Below, one piece after another: positions 10,497 through 20,580 of a stretch of DNA of 42,585 nucleotides (position 1 is its first letter; every line of letters starts with the position of its first letter). The notes under the pieces were generated by a model that worked only from the letters and a program-made list of their open reading frames with translations, did no database searches and was not told the origin of the DNA. The DNA comes from Candidatus Methylomirabilia bacterium (lineage in GTDB: Bacteria; Methylomirabilota; Methylomirabilia; Rokubacteriales; CSP1-6). A program made the translations under genes and the position numbers. The DNA lies in contig JBGPXN010000019.1 in the NCBI GenBank assembly GCA_041492755.1, forward strand, positions 1-42,585, in the 5' to 3' direction.

Positions 10497-12008
10497 ATGG
10501 GTCTCACGGTCAACACCAACATCCAGGCGCTGAACGCTCAGCGCAACCTCGACAAGACGACCGCGCTCCTCAACAAGTCCCTGGAGCGCCTGTCGTCCGG
10601 CCTGCGGATCAACAACGCGGGCGACGACTCGGCCGGCCTCGCCATCGCGACCCGGCTCAACTCGCAGGTCCGCGGTCTCAACCAGGCCATCCGGAACGCC
10701 AACGACGGCAACGCCCTGGTGGGCACGGCCGAAGGCGGGCTCTCCGAGGTGTCGAACATCATCACCCGTATCAAGGAGCTGGCCGTGCAGTCGGCCAACG
10801 GCACCAACAGCACGTCGGACCGCACCAGCCTCAACAGCGAGGTGCAGGCCCTCGTCAACGAAGTGACCCGGATCGCCAGCCAGACCAAGTTCGGCAGCAT
10901 CTCCCTCCTGGACGGCTCCTACAGCGGCGTCTTCCAGGTCGGCGTGGAGACCGGCCAGACGGTCAGCCAGTCGATCGGCAACTACAAGGCGTCCGCGCTC
11001 TCCGGCAGCGTGGCCAGCCAGACCCTGTCGTTCCTCGCGGACACCAGCCAGGTGGGCGCGGCGGATGCCAACTCCTTCCTCGGCCTCGACGCCAGCACCG
11101 ACCTCCAGGTCAGCGGCCCGACAGGCACGAGCTTCATCCGCACGACGACCTCGTCGGACGACAGCGTGTCCTTCCTGCAGGGCTCGCGGAGCGCCATCGC
11201 GGTGGCCAAGACCATCAACGAGGGCACCTCGCTCACGGGCGTGAGCGCGACGATCGGCTCGGCCATCTTCACCTCGACCGACAGCACGGCCTTCGCCAAC
11301 GCCATCAACCTCGATGGCACCACGAACGTGCTGAAGATCAACGGCACGACGGTGGTCGTCAACCTCAACGGCGCCAGCGTGTCCGCCCGGCGCCAGCAGT
11401 TCATCGACGCCGTCAACACGCAGGTGAGCGGAGTGTCCGCCGCCACCACCGGCACGGCGAGCGTGGTCCTCACCGCCGCCGACGGCCGCAACATCTCGAT
11501 CCTGGCCTCGGGCGCCACCACCGGCACGGTGGGCGGCGACACCTTCGGCTTCACCACGACCCAGGCGACGGAAGTCGTCCGGGCGCGTGGCTCGATCACC
11601 CTGCAGGGCGGCGGCAACTTCACGACGACGCTCGGCGACGCCACCACCCAGGCCCAGATCGGCGGCGAGGGCTTGGCCACGGCAACCGCCACGTACCTCA
11701 ACACCCTCTCGGTCTCCTCGGTGGCCAACGCCAACACGGCCATGTACGTGGCCGACGCGATCCTCAACACGATCTCCGCGGCCCGTGGTGACCTCGGCGC
11801 CGTCCAGAACCGGCTGGCGTCGACGGTGTCCACGCTGAGCACGGTCTCGGAGAAGGTGTCCGACGCGAAGAGCCGCATCCTGGACGCGGACTTCGCGGCC
11901 GAGACGGCGGCGCTGACCAAGGCGCAGATCCTGCAGCAGGCCGGCATTTCCGTCCTGTCGCAGGCCAACACCGGCCCCGAGCGCGTTCTGTCGCTCCTGC
12001 CGCGGTAA
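10497..12008 (+). CDS. fliC: Flagellin (503 aa)
   Basis: RBS AAGGAGG. N-terminal VNTNIQAL...ERLSSGLRINNAGDDSAGLAI and C-terminal RGDLGAVQNRL...SRILDADFAAETAALTKAQILQQAG. Ser/Thr-rich variable region. Confidence 0.98.
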   Translation: MGLTVNTNIQALNAQRNLDKTTALLNKSLERLSSGLRINNAGDDSAGLAIATRLNSQVRGLNQAIRNANDGNALVGTAEGGLSEVSNIITRIKELAVQSANGTNSTSDRTSLNSEVQALVNEVTRIASQTKFGSISLLDGSYSGVFQVGVETGQTVSQSIGNYKASALSGSVASQTLSFLADTSQVGAADANSFLGLDASTDLQVSGPTGTSFIRTTTSSDDSVSFLQGSRSAIAVAKTINEGTSLTGVSATIGSAIFTSTDSTAFANAINLDGTTNVLKINGTTVVVNLNGASVSARRQQFIDAVNTQVSGVSAATTGTASVVLTAADGRNISILASGATTGTVGGDTFGFTTTQATEVVRARGSITLQGGGNFTTTLGDATTQAQIGGEGLATATATYLNTLSVSSVANANTAMYVADAILNTISAARGDLGAVQNRLASTVSTLSTVSEKVSDAKSRILDADFAAETAALTKAQILQQAGISVLSQANTGPERVLSLLPR

Positions 12009-12032
12009 CCCCGCGTCGGGACGGCAGTTTTA

Positions 12033-12073
12033 CCAGGCTTCCGGGGGGTGGTAGACGCCTCCCGGGAGCCTGG
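12033..12073. terminator. 16-bp stem-loop between fliC and fliD (terminator or mRNA-stabilising hairpin)
   Basis: CCAGGCTTCCGGGGGG pairs with CCTCCCGGGAGCCTGG (G:U allowed). No U-tract on the + strand. Confidence 0.55.
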
Positions 12074-12105
12074 CACGTCCCGTGTAAACGTCATCCACGG
12101 CAACC

Positions 12106-13476
12106 ATGGCTCAAATTCCCCTCGGCGGACTGGCAACCGGCCTCGACACGAACGCGCTCATCTCGCAGCTCGTTGCGGCCGAGCGACGGCCGATCACGCT
12201 GCTGGAGACGCGCAAGCTCAAGCTGCAGACACAGTCGGCGGCCTACCAGGACCTCAACACCAAGCTGGCGGCGTTCAAGTCGAGCGCCGATCTCCTCAAG
12301 GACCCGGCGACGTTCTTCGCCCGTTCGGTGACGTCGTCGACCGACACCGTGGCCACGGCCACGGCCGCGCCCGGCACGACCCGCGGCACCTTCACCGTGA
12401 CCACGACGTCACTGGCCCGCGGCTCCATCGCCGCCGCCAGCAATACCACGACCGCTCTGACGTCGACGGTGGCGACGGCCACGGGCGTCTTCGAGTTCAA
12501 GCTCGGCGCCACCGGCAGCGTGGTCAGCGTGGCGGTGAGCAGCGCCACCACGCTCGAGCAGCTCGTGAAGGACGTCAACGACAAGAACGCCGGCGTGCAA
12601 GCGACGGCCGTGAACACCGGCACCAGCGCTTCCCCCGCCTGGAAGCTCTCGCTCACGAGCACCGGCACCGGCGCGGCGAACAACATCGTCGTCGTCACCG
12701 ACAACACGACGCTCGGCATCGCCAACACCCAGACGGCCACCGACGCCGGCTTCAGCATCACGGGCCTGGGCAGCTTCACCCGCTCGACCAACACGTTCTC
12801 GGACGTCCTCGACGGGGTGACGATCACCCTCAAGGACGGGAGCGGGAGCACCGACCTCGTCGTCGACTACGACAAGGGCGCCACCCAGTCCCGCGTCAAC
12901 GGCCTGATCGACAGCTACAACGCGGTCGTCAAGGCCATCGACGCGCAATCCGCGGTCAAGCGCAACTCCGACGGCACCACCACCACCGGCGTGTTCACGG
13001 GCGACGCGGTGGCCCGGCAGATCCGCACCAATCTCAAGACGCAGATGGCCACGGTCTTCACGGGCGCCATCGGTAGCCTGGCCGATCTCGGCGTCACCAC
13101 CGCCAGCGACGGAACACTGAGCCTCGACAGCGCCAAGTTCCAGAAGGCGCTGACCGACGACGCCACGGCGGTGAGCGCGGTCATCGCGGGGACGAGCACG
13201 CGCGACGGCATCGGCGATCTCCTCGCGCGCACGCTGGACACCGCCACCAAGGCCCTGACCGGCACGATCGCGCTCAGGCGGGACGGCATCAGCACGGTGA
13301 TCAAGAGCCTGGACGCGGATATCCAGGCGGGGCTGAGCCGCCTGCAGACGACGGAAACGGCGCTGCGCGCGCGCTTCGCGGCGCTCGAGCTAACGGTCTC
13401 GCGCATCCAGTCGACGGGTAGCTCGCTCATCGCGCAGCTCTCCCGTCTCGACGCCACCACCACCACCAGACGCTAG
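12106..13476 (+). CDS. fliD: Flagellar filament cap protein FliD
   Basis: GLATGLDTNALISQLVAAER N-terminus, RSTNTFSDVLDGVTITL, LADLGVTT..DGTLSLD and LRARFAALE C-terminus. Position after fliC. Confidence 0.95.
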   Translation: MAQIPLGGLATGLDTNALISQLVAAERRPITLLETRKLKLQTQSAAYQDLNTKLAAFKSSADLLKDPATFFARSVTSSTDTVATATAAPGTTRGTFTVTTTSLARGSIAAASNTTTALTSTVATATGVFEFKLGATGSVVSVAVSSATTLEQLVKDVNDKNAGVQATAVNTGTSASPAWKLSLTSTGTGAANNIVVVTDNTTLGIANTQTATDAGFSITGLGSFTRSTNTFSDVLDGVTITLKDGSGSTDLVVDYDKGATQSRVNGLIDSYNAVVKAIDAQSAVKRNSDGTTTTGVFTGDAVARQIRTNLKTQMATVFTGAIGSLADLGVTTASDGTLSLDSAKFQKALTDDATAVSAVIAGTSTRDGIGDLLARTLDTATKALTGTIALRRDGISTVIKSLDADIQAGLSRLQTTETALRARFAALELTVSRIQSTGSSLIAQLSRLDATTTTRR

Positions 13477-13496
13477 GGCCAAGGCTCGGAGAGAAC

Positions 13497-13886
13497 ATGG
13501 CGAACGTCCAGACCGCCGCGTACCAGAACATCCAGACGATCACCGCTGATCCCGGCCGCCTCGTGCTGATGCTCTACGACGGCGCGACCGTCTACCTGCG
13601 GCGCGCCCTGCGCGCGCTCGAGAAGGGCGACACGGCCGCCTTCGGCCAGGCGCTGAGCGGGGCCAACGGCATCATCGGCGAGCTGTCGACGAGCCTGGAT
13701 CACGAGGTGGGCGGCGAAGTGGCGGCGAACCTGGCTCGGCTCTACGGCTTCATGCTCCGCCATCTCAGCGAAGCGCTGATCGGCCGGCGCCGCGACAACC
13801 TCGAGCAGGTCCTGGGCATCCTCGAGACGCTGCGCGACGCCTTCGACGGCGCCATCACGAGCGAGCCCGTACCGTCGGCGAAGTGA
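13497..13886 (+). CDS. fliS: Flagellin export chaperone FliS (canonical)
   Basis: AY...TADPGRLVLMLYDGA, ELSTSLDHEVGGEVAANLARLYGF and LRDAF. Follows fliD. Confidence 0.95.
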   Translation: MANVQTAAYQNIQTITADPGRLVLMLYDGATVYLRRALRALEKGDTAAFGQALSGANGIIGELSTSLDHEVGGEVAANLARLYGFMLRHLSEALIGRRRDNLEQVLGILETLRDAFDGAITSEPVPSAK

Positions 13887-14215
13887 CCGAGCCCGCCGCC
13901 GGCCTCTGTGAAGAGCTCCTCGCGTTGACCCGGCGCTTTCACGCCGAGGTCCAGGCCGGAGACGAGTCGGGAATGGCGGCGTTCGTCGAGCATCGCACCG
14001 CGCTCGCGGCCGCGATCACGGCCAGCCCGGAGGCGACCGATCCGGCCATCGTGCAGGCGCTCGCGGCCTGCGACCGCGAGTTGATCGCGCTGCTCCGCGA
14101 CTGCCAGCACGAGATCATCCAGCGACTCGCCGGCCTCGCCGTCGGCCGGCGCATGCTGCGCACCTACCTCGACGGCTCTCCCGGCGCCCCGTCGTACATC
14201 GAGCGTTTGGGTTGA
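13883..14215 (+). CDS. FliT-like small helical protein
   Basis: GTGA overlap with the fliS stop, 110 aa, helical, with a FliT-like C-terminal ...RTY....SYIERLG. Position fliD-fliS-X. Confidence 0.6.
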   Translation: MTEPAAGLCEELLALTRRFHAEVQAGDESGMAAFVEHRTALAAAITASPEATDPAIVQALAACDRELIALLRDCQHEIIQRLAGLAVGRRMLRTYLDGSPGAPSYIERLG

Positions 14216-14217
14216 AT

Positions 14218-14315
14218 ACATGGGGGGCCCCGATATGGCCCCCCATACCCCCCCCGACGCTCGGCACGCCCCGGGGGACCCGTGGCGCGCCTCGAATTCC
14301 CTCACACCCTCTGAG
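14218..14315. repeat. Palindromic repeat family copy B (single unit)
   Basis: Head hairpin ATGGGGGGCC-CCGATAT-GGCCCCCCAT, core ACGCTCGG..CGCCCCGGGGGACCCGTGGCGC and a 36-nt tail identical to 122-157. Begins just after the fliT-like stop. Confidence 0.85.
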
Positions 14316-14576
14316 TCACGTCCCTCGACCTCGCCGCTCGGTCGAGGCGGGGGAAACCGCCGGGCGACGTGAGATCCTTGTGGCTTTCCTCCCGATGAGC
14401 TGATCGCCGATCGGCCGGCCGCCGAAGGCGCGCGGCCACGCCTCCTCCAGCAGGGATACCAGCCTCGAGCCCACGAACGTCAGGCGCTCGCCCGTGAGCG
14501 TCTCCCACGAGCGGATGCCGGCCCGGCGCACGGCCGGGGTCGACGGTGGCGCGGGGACGTCCCGATCAGCCCCCGG

Positions 14577-15977
14577 CTACGTGTTCGCTTCCGCGCACAG
14601 CTCTTCGAGGTAGGCGTAGCGCTGGTCGCGGCGGGCCGCCTCCCGTGCGCGCTCGCGCGCCTCGGAAAGGTTGCCGCGCGCCACTTCGGCCGCGCACTGC
14701 TTGGCCTCCACCTCCGGGCCGTGGTCGGGCATCGCCGCGGCACGCCCGTACCAGACCGCGGCGCCGTCGAAGTCGTTGGCGTCGAAACAGAGCGCGCCCA
14801 GCGCGGCCAGGGTCTGCCAGCGGCCGGCGTTGAGGCCGAGCGCGCGCTCCAGGGCCCTGCGGGCGGCCGCGGCATCGCCGGCGCGTGCGTACAGGAGTCC
14901 CAGGTTCAGCGGCGGCAGATCGGAGCGCGGGTTCAGGCGCTCGGCGGCCTCGAGGTGCCGCCGGGCGGCGTCCGGATCGTGGTCCATCTCGAGCACACCC
15001 AGGTTGAGCCGGGCCCGGAAGTGCCCGGGATCGAGGGCCAGGCAATGCGTGTACGCGGTCCGAGCTTCCGGCTGACGACCGAGCGCGGAGACCGCCTCCC
15101 CTGCCCCCGCGTACAGCGAGGCGGCCCGGGGAAATGCCTTCAGCGCTTTCCCGAAGACGGCGAGCGCTTCGGCGTGCCGTCCGGCTTTCTGGAGCGCGGC
15201 GCCGAGGTGCTCGCGGCACTCGCGCCGGCCCGGGGCGAGCGTGACGGCGCGCGTGAACGCCCTGACGGCGGTGGCGCGGTCCCCGAGCTCCAGCGCGGCC
15301 ATGCCGTGCTCGAGATGCGCCTGCGCGTCGGTCGGACGCTCCTCCACCTTGAGGCGACTGAGCTCGAGATATCGCCGCGCCTTCTCGCGGTGCGTGGCCG
15401 CTGGCCGCGCGTGACCGAGGTGATGGACGACGACGTCGGTGGTCCGGCACTCGACATTGTGCTCGGCCAGCGCGGCCTCGACGATCTCGTGGATGCGTCC
15501 CCGGTAGCGGATCTCGGGACGGCGGGGGAACAGCCGCACGAGCGCATGCTCGCAGTAGCCGGTGAAGCCTCGGGCGCGAACGACCTCCGGCACGGGGCCG
15601 GTGAGCGCCCGCCAGTCGAACAGCTCGGAGTCGTTCGTATAGGTCCGCAGCCGCAGGCGATAGCCGGCGGCCTCGCCGCCCTCGATCAAGGCGCGGATCC
15701 CCGCGAACTCGGCGGGGTCGATCCATTCGTCAGCGTCCAGGGACAGCACCCAGTCGCCCGTGGCCGTGTCGATCGCGGCGTTACGCGCGGCCGCGAAGTC
15801 GTCCGACCAGGGCCGCGCGCTCACGCGCGCGCCGGCCGCATGCGCCAGGTCCGGCGTGCCATCCGTCGATCCGGTGTCGAGGACGACGACCTCGTCGGCC
15901 AGGGCGCGATGGTGGGCGACACACGCCGCGATCCAGTCCGCCTCGTCGCGGACGATCATGCAGAGCGACAGGGTCAC
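14577..15977 (-). CDS. GT2 family glycosyltransferase with C-terminal TPR repeats (GmaR-like architecture)
   Basis: TLSLCMIVRDE, VVVLDTGSTDGT, WSDDFAAARN, WVLSLDADE and YRGRIHE, followed by TPRs. GTG overlaps the upstream stop (GTGA). Confidence 0.9.
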   Translation of the reverse strand: MTLSLCMIVRDEADWIAACVAHHRALADEVVVLDTGSTDGTPDLAHAAGARVSARPWSDDFAAARNAAIDTATGDWVLSLDADEWIDPAEFAGIRALIEGGEAAGYRLRLRTYTNDSELFDWRALTGPVPEVVRARGFTGYCEHALVRLFPRRPEIRYRGRIHEIVEAALAEHNVECRTTDVVVHHLGHARPAATHREKARRYLELSRLKVEERPTDAQAHLEHGMAALELGDRATAVRAFTRAVTLAPGRRECREHLGAALQKAGRHAEALAVFGKALKAFPRAASLYAGAGEAVSALGRQPEARTAYTHCLALDPGHFRARLNLGVLEMDHDPDAARRHLEAAERLNPRSDLPPLNLGLLYARAGDAAAARRALERALGLNAGRWQTLAALGALCFDANDFDGAAVWYGRAAAMPDHGPEVEAKQCAAEVARGNLSEARERAREAARRDQRYAYLEELCAEANT

Positions 15978-18538
15978 GCCGGCCGATCCTTCGCCCATCG
16001 CCGCCACATCGCTCGATACGCGGCCTCCACCGCTCGCGTGTACGCGGCGTGATCGCAGAGCGGCGAGGCCAGCATCCGGTCGCGAAGCCCGGGCCGGAGC
16101 TCGGCCAGTCGCCCGATGTCGGCGGCGACACGGACCGCGATGTCCACGTACGCGTCGGCGGTCGTCGCGATGAAGTCATGCAGGCCGACGGTGGTGAGGA
16201 ACGAGGGGCCGAGGAGGCCCACCACCCGATCGCCGGCCAGCGTGATCGCCGGCACGCCCATCCACAGGCCTTCCAGCGCCGTCACACCCCCGCCGTGCGG
16301 GAACGGATCGAGCGCGACGTCCACGCGGCCGTACGCGGCCAGGTGCTCGGCCTGCGGCGATCCCCCCACGAGCTCGATCCGGGCGGCGTCCACCCCGCGC
16401 CCGGCGAAGACGGCGAGGATGCGGGCGCGCTGGGCCGCGTCCTCGAGGCCGTTGAACTTCATCAGCAAGCGGGACGCGGGCAGCCGCAGGAGGATCCGCG
16501 CCCACACCTCGAGGACCTCCGGCGTGATCTTCGACAGGCGATTGAAGCAGCCGAACGTGACGGCGCCGGGCGTCCGCGCCGGCCCCGGGGCCACCGCGGG
16601 CGCCCACGCCGGTGGATCGTAGGAGACGATGCTCGGCAGGTAGACGACCTCCTCGCTGAAGTGGGCGCGCGCCTCGGGCGGCACCGTGACGGCGTCGGCG
16701 AAGAAGTAGTCCATCGCGTCCAGTCCGGTGCCCACGGCATAGCCCCACGCGGTGACCTGGATCGGCGCCGGCTTGCGGGCGAAGGCGAGCAGGCGGTTGC
16801 CCGCGGAGTGGCCGGACAGATCCACGAGCACGTCGATGCGATCCGCCCGGATGCGGTTCGCGAGCGCCTCGTCCGACATCCCGATCGTCGACCGCCAGAG
16901 GGTCGCCGCGGCCTGAAGTCGCTCCGTCATTCCGTCGGGCCTGGCCACCGCCGAGTAGCAGACGACGTCGAACCCATCGCGGTCGTGCTCGAGGAGCACG
17001 CCGGCAAAGACGGTCGCGGCCGAGTGGTAGCGGAAGTCGGCGGAGACGTAGCCGACCCGCAGTCGGCGCTCGGGGTCGCGATCGTTGGTGGGCGACGGCG
17101 CGGTCGTGGTCAGCGCCCGCGCGTGACGATCGTTCCAGCGCCGCTTCTCTCCGAAGAGGCTCGCGCGGGTGGCGCCGGGATCGAGATCGAGCGTGAAGAT
17201 CAGGTTGCTGTGGGCGGCCGGATAGTCCGGCCGCAGGGCAAGGGCCCGGCGGAACGCGGCCACGGCATCGGACATCCGGCCCAGCCCACTCAGGGCGTGA
17301 CCACGGTTGCTGTGCGCCTCCGGGTAGTCGGGGCGCAGCGCGAGCGCGACGTCGAACGCGGCGACGGCGTCCTGGAACCGGCCGAGCGCGTTTTCGGTCG
17401 TGCCGAGGTTGTTGTGCGCTTCGGCGAACTGGGGGCGCAGCGCGAGCGCGCGGCGGTGGCTGTCGATCGCGTCGCGGTGCCGGCCCGCCGCCGCCTGGGC
17501 GTTGCCGAGGTTGCTCCACGCCTCCGCGAATCCGGGCTTGAGCGCGAGCGCTTGCTGACAACTGGCGATGGCGTCGTCGTAGCGACACAGCTCGGTGAAG
17601 ACGTTGCCGCGGTTGTTCAGCGCCTCGGCGTAATCGGGCCGGAGGAGCAGGGCGCGCTGGAAGTCGCCCAGCGCCTCCGCCGGCCGGCCTTGCGCGAGGC
17701 GGGCGTTGCCGAGGTTGTTGTGCGCCTCCGCGTAGCCCGGTCTGAGGGCGAGCGCGCGCTCGTAGTGGACGGCGGCCGCATCGAAGTCGCCCTGGGCCTG
17801 CCGCGCGGTACCGAGGTTATTGTGCGCCTCGGCGAAGTCGGGCCGTCGGGCCACCGCGCGGTCGAGGGCATCCACGGCGCCGTCGACGTCGCCGGTGTCC
17901 TTGAGGGCGGCGCCGAGGTTGCAAAGCGCGTCCGTGTCGTCGGGATCGACGCTCAACGCGCGCCGGTAGTGGAGGATCGCGTCGGCCGTCCGGCCCTGCG
18001 CGCGGCGGATGACGCCGAGGTTGTTGTGCGCGTCGGCGAAGTCGGGATCGAGCGCCAGCGCGTACTCCAGCGCGGCGGCCGCCTCGTCGAGGCGCCCGAG
18101 ATCGCGGAGCACGGCCCCGAGGTTGTTGTACGCGTCGAGCGAATCCGGGCGGCGCGCGACGGCGGCTCGATACGCCGCCGCCGCTTCTTCCGGCCGTCCC
18201 TGCGCCCACAGCGCGTTGCCCAGGTTCAGGTGCGCTTCGGGCAGGTCGGGATCGAGCGCCAGCGCTCGCCGGCTGCTCGCTTCGGCGCCCGGAAGATCGC
18301 GCTCGTGCCAGAGCGCATTCGCCAGATTGCTGTGGAAGGCGGCAACGCCGGGCTCCCCCGCGATGGCGCGTCGGATGAGACCGATCGCCTCGGCGTGGTG
18401 ACCCATCTGGCTGGCGAGGACGCCGAGAAGATGCAGCGCCTGCGGATGGTTCGGCCTGGTCCGGAGCAGCTTCCGGTAGAGCGCCTCGGCATCGCCCAAG
18501 CGCCCGGCCTGATGGTGCGCGAGCGCCTCGGTCAGCAT
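15974..18538 (-). CDS. TPR-GT41 (SPINDLY/OGT family) glycosyltransferase 3 (854 aa, longest TPR array)
   Basis: Many AHNNLG TPRs, then RLRVGYVSADFRYHS, DVLVDLSGHSAGNRL, KPAPIQVTAWGY, FGCFNRLSKIT and DVALDPFPHGGGVTALEGLWMGVP. Real start ATG 18538 lies inside the long ORF. Confidence 0.93.
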   Translation of the reverse strand: MLTEALAHHQAGRLGDAEALYRKLLRTRPNHPQALHLLGVLASQMGHHAEAIGLIRRAIAGEPGVAAFHSNLANALWHERDLPGAEASSRRALALDPDLPEAHLNLGNALWAQGRPEEAAAAYRAAVARRPDSLDAYNNLGAVLRDLGRLDEAAAALEYALALDPDFADAHNNLGVIRRAQGRTADAILHYRRALSVDPDDTDALCNLGAALKDTGDVDGAVDALDRAVARRPDFAEAHNNLGTARQAQGDFDAAAVHYERALALRPGYAEAHNNLGNARLAQGRPAEALGDFQRALLLRPDYAEALNNRGNVFTELCRYDDAIASCQQALALKPGFAEAWSNLGNAQAAAGRHRDAIDSHRRALALRPQFAEAHNNLGTTENALGRFQDAVAAFDVALALRPDYPEAHSNRGHALSGLGRMSDAVAAFRRALALRPDYPAAHSNLIFTLDLDPGATRASLFGEKRRWNDRHARALTTTAPSPTNDRDPERRLRVGYVSADFRYHSAATVFAGVLLEHDRDGFDVVCYSAVARPDGMTERLQAAATLWRSTIGMSDEALANRIRADRIDVLVDLSGHSAGNRLLAFARKPAPIQVTAWGYAVGTGLDAMDYFFADAVTVPPEARAHFSEEVVYLPSIVSYDPPAWAPAVAPGPARTPGAVTFGCFNRLSKITPEVLEVWARILLRLPASRLLMKFNGLEDAAQRARILAVFAGRGVDAARIELVGGSPQAEHLAAYGRVDVALDPFPHGGGVTALEGLWMGVPAITLAGDRVVGLLGPSFLTTVGLHDFIATTADAYVDIAVRVAADIGRLAELRPGLRDRMLASPLCDHAAYTRAVEAAYRAMWRRWAKDRPA

Positions 18539-20580
18539 CGCGCGCCTCCCGTCGACCAGCGCCGCCACATCGCGCGATACGCCGCCTCGACGCGCCGGCA
18601 GTAGGCGGCGGCATCGACGAGGCGGGAGGCGCCAAGCCGCGGCCGCAGCATCGTCCGCAGGGCGGCCAGGGTGAGCGAATCGCTCGCGTGAGCGACGGCA
18701 CGCTCCACGTACTCTTCCGGTGTCCGGGCGATCCAGCTCGTGAGGCCGAGCGTGGTGAGGAACGAGGGGCCGAGCAGCCCCACCACCCGGTCGCCGGCGA
18801 GCGTCACCGGCGGCACGCCCATCCACAACCCCTCGAGCGCGGTGACGCCGCCGCCATGCGGAAACGGGTCGAGCGCGACGTCGACGCCGGCGTACGCGGC
18901 CAGATGCTCGCCGCGCGACGTGCTCCCGCCGAAATCGATCCGGGCCCGATCGACGCCGCGGGCGGCGAACGCCGAGCGCAGCTCCGTCTGAGTGGCGGGC
19001 TCGTCGAGACCGGTGAACTTCAGGCTGAGCCGGGAGTCGGGGATACGGGCGAGGATCTTCGCCCAGACGTCGAACGCCGCGGCCGTGAGCTTGGCCAGGC
19101 GGTTGAAGCAGCCGAACGTCACGTACCCACGCTGGAGCGCGGGCAACACCGCCACCGGCGGGGCGTCGGCGGGCGGCTCGAAGCAGACGATGCTGGGCAG
19201 GTCCACGACCTCCTCCGAAAAGTGCTCGCGGGCGTGGGCGGGCACGGTCACCGGATCGGCGAAGAAGTAGTCCATCGCGTCGAGCCCGGTCCCCACCGCA
19301 TAGCCCCACGCCGTCACCTGCACGGGGGCGGGCCGGCGCGCGAAGACCAGCAACCGATTTCCGGCCGAATGACCGGCGAGATCGACCAGGACGTCGATCC
19401 CGTCGGCGCGGACCTGATCGGCCACGGCCTCGTCGGACATCCCGAGCGTCGGCCGCCACCGCGTGGCGCCGGCGCGCACGCGCTCGGTGACCGCATCGGG
19501 ACGGCTCACGTCCGAATAGCAGACGACTTCGACACACCGGGGATCGTGGCCGAGCAGCACCGGCGCAACGACGCTGGCCGCCGAGTGATGGCGGAAGTCC
19601 GCTGACACGTAGCCCACGCGCAGACGGCGCTCGGGATGGGGGTCGTTGGCGTGGGGCTGGTGGGTTGCCTGAAGCGGCCGCGCGTACCGCTCGTTCCATC
19701 GGCGGCGCTCGGCGAACACCTGCGCGCGGGTGGCGCGCGGATCGAGATCCAGCGTGAAGATCAGGTTGCTGTGCGTGCGCGGGTCGGGCGCGAGCGCCAG
19801 CGCGCGCTCGAAGGCGGCGACGGCGGTGGGGAGCCGGCCCCGCGTCGTGAGCGCGTAGCCGAAGTCGCTCCAGGCCGCGGCATCGTCGGGTTCGAGCCCG
19901 ACCGCCTCTTCGAAGGCCTTCACGGCCGCGTCGAGCCGGCCGGAGGCCCGGAGCGCGTTCCCGCGGGCCGTGTACGTCTCGGCGAGGTTGCGGCGCGCCG
20001 CCGCGTAGCCCGGCTCGATGGCGAGCGCACGGACGAAGCTCGCCGCCGCCGCCTCCAGCCGGCCCGCGGCGCAGAGTGCTTTGCCGAGGTTGTTGTGGGG
20101 CTCCGCCCGTCCGGGGCACATCCCGATCGCCCGCTCCAGCACGCCCACGGCGTCCTCGGCCCGGCCGGCGTCGGCGAGCGCGGCGCCGAGGTTGCTGCAG
20201 GCTTCCACGGACTCGGGCGCCAGGCTGAGCGCGCGCTCGAAGCTCGCGATGGCGGCGGGCAGATCGCCGCGGGCGCGGAGCGCGGTGCCGAGGTTGTTGT
20301 GGGCGTCGGCGAGATCGGGCAGGCGCTCGAGCGCGCGCTCGATCAGCTCGACGGCGCCGTCGTGATCACCGGCCTGGTGGGCGACGACACCCAGCAGATG
20401 CAGCGCGTCCGGGTGTCCGGGCACACGGTGAAGGACGGCGCGATAGCTGGCGGCCGCCTCCGCGAGACGCCCGTGGCGGTGATGGTCCAGCCCCTCGCGC
20501 AGCCGGTCGTCGAGCGAACCCTCGACGCGGTGGGCGCGCTCTTGCAACCGCCCGTGGGCCCGTCGCTCGTGTCGGTTCAC
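18532..20580 (-). CDS. TPR-GT41 (SPINDLY/OGT family) glycosyltransferase 2 (682 aa)
   Basis: Same GT41 motifs (DFRHHSAA, FGCFNRLAKLT). GTG 20580 overlaps the upstream stop. Confidence 0.93.
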   Translation of the reverse strand: MNRHERRAHGRLQERAHRVEGSLDDRLREGLDHHRHGRLAEAAASYRAVLHRVPGHPDALHLLGVVAHQAGDHDGAVELIERALERLPDLADAHNNLGTALRARGDLPAAIASFERALSLAPESVEACSNLGAALADAGRAEDAVGVLERAIGMCPGRAEPHNNLGKALCAAGRLEAAAASFVRALAIEPGYAAARRNLAETYTARGNALRASGRLDAAVKAFEEAVGLEPDDAAAWSDFGYALTTRGRLPTAVAAFERALALAPDPRTHSNLIFTLDLDPRATRAQVFAERRRWNERYARPLQATHQPHANDPHPERRLRVGYVSADFRHHSAASVVAPVLLGHDPRCVEVVCYSDVSRPDAVTERVRAGATRWRPTLGMSDEAVADQVRADGIDVLVDLAGHSAGNRLLVFARRPAPVQVTAWGYAVGTGLDAMDYFFADPVTVPAHAREHFSEEVVDLPSIVCFEPPADAPPVAVLPALQRGYVTFGCFNRLAKLTAAAFDVWAKILARIPDSRLSLKFTGLDEPATQTELRSAFAARGVDRARIDFGGSTSRGEHLAAYAGVDVALDPFPHGGGVTALEGLWMGVPPVTLAGDRVVGLLGPSFLTTLGLTSWIARTPEEYVERAVAHASDSLTLAALRTMLRPRLGASRLVDAAAYCRRVEAAYRAMWRRWSTGGARC

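Noticed and set aside
12070..12086. Sigma-54 promoter for fliD (CTGGCACGTCCCGTGTA)
   Set aside because: The -24 element is good, but -12 is GT rather than GC and the motif overlaps the hairpin arm. Too weak to call.
14316..14560. 71-aa minus-strand ORF after the GT2 gene
   Set aside because: No RBS or recognisable family, and it ends at the repeat element. It may be a gene remnant but cannot be supported.
15974..20119. Single 1381-aa protein from the ORF track
   Set aside because: The first 527 codons are an alternative frame over GT41 gene 2. The real protein starts at ATG 18538.
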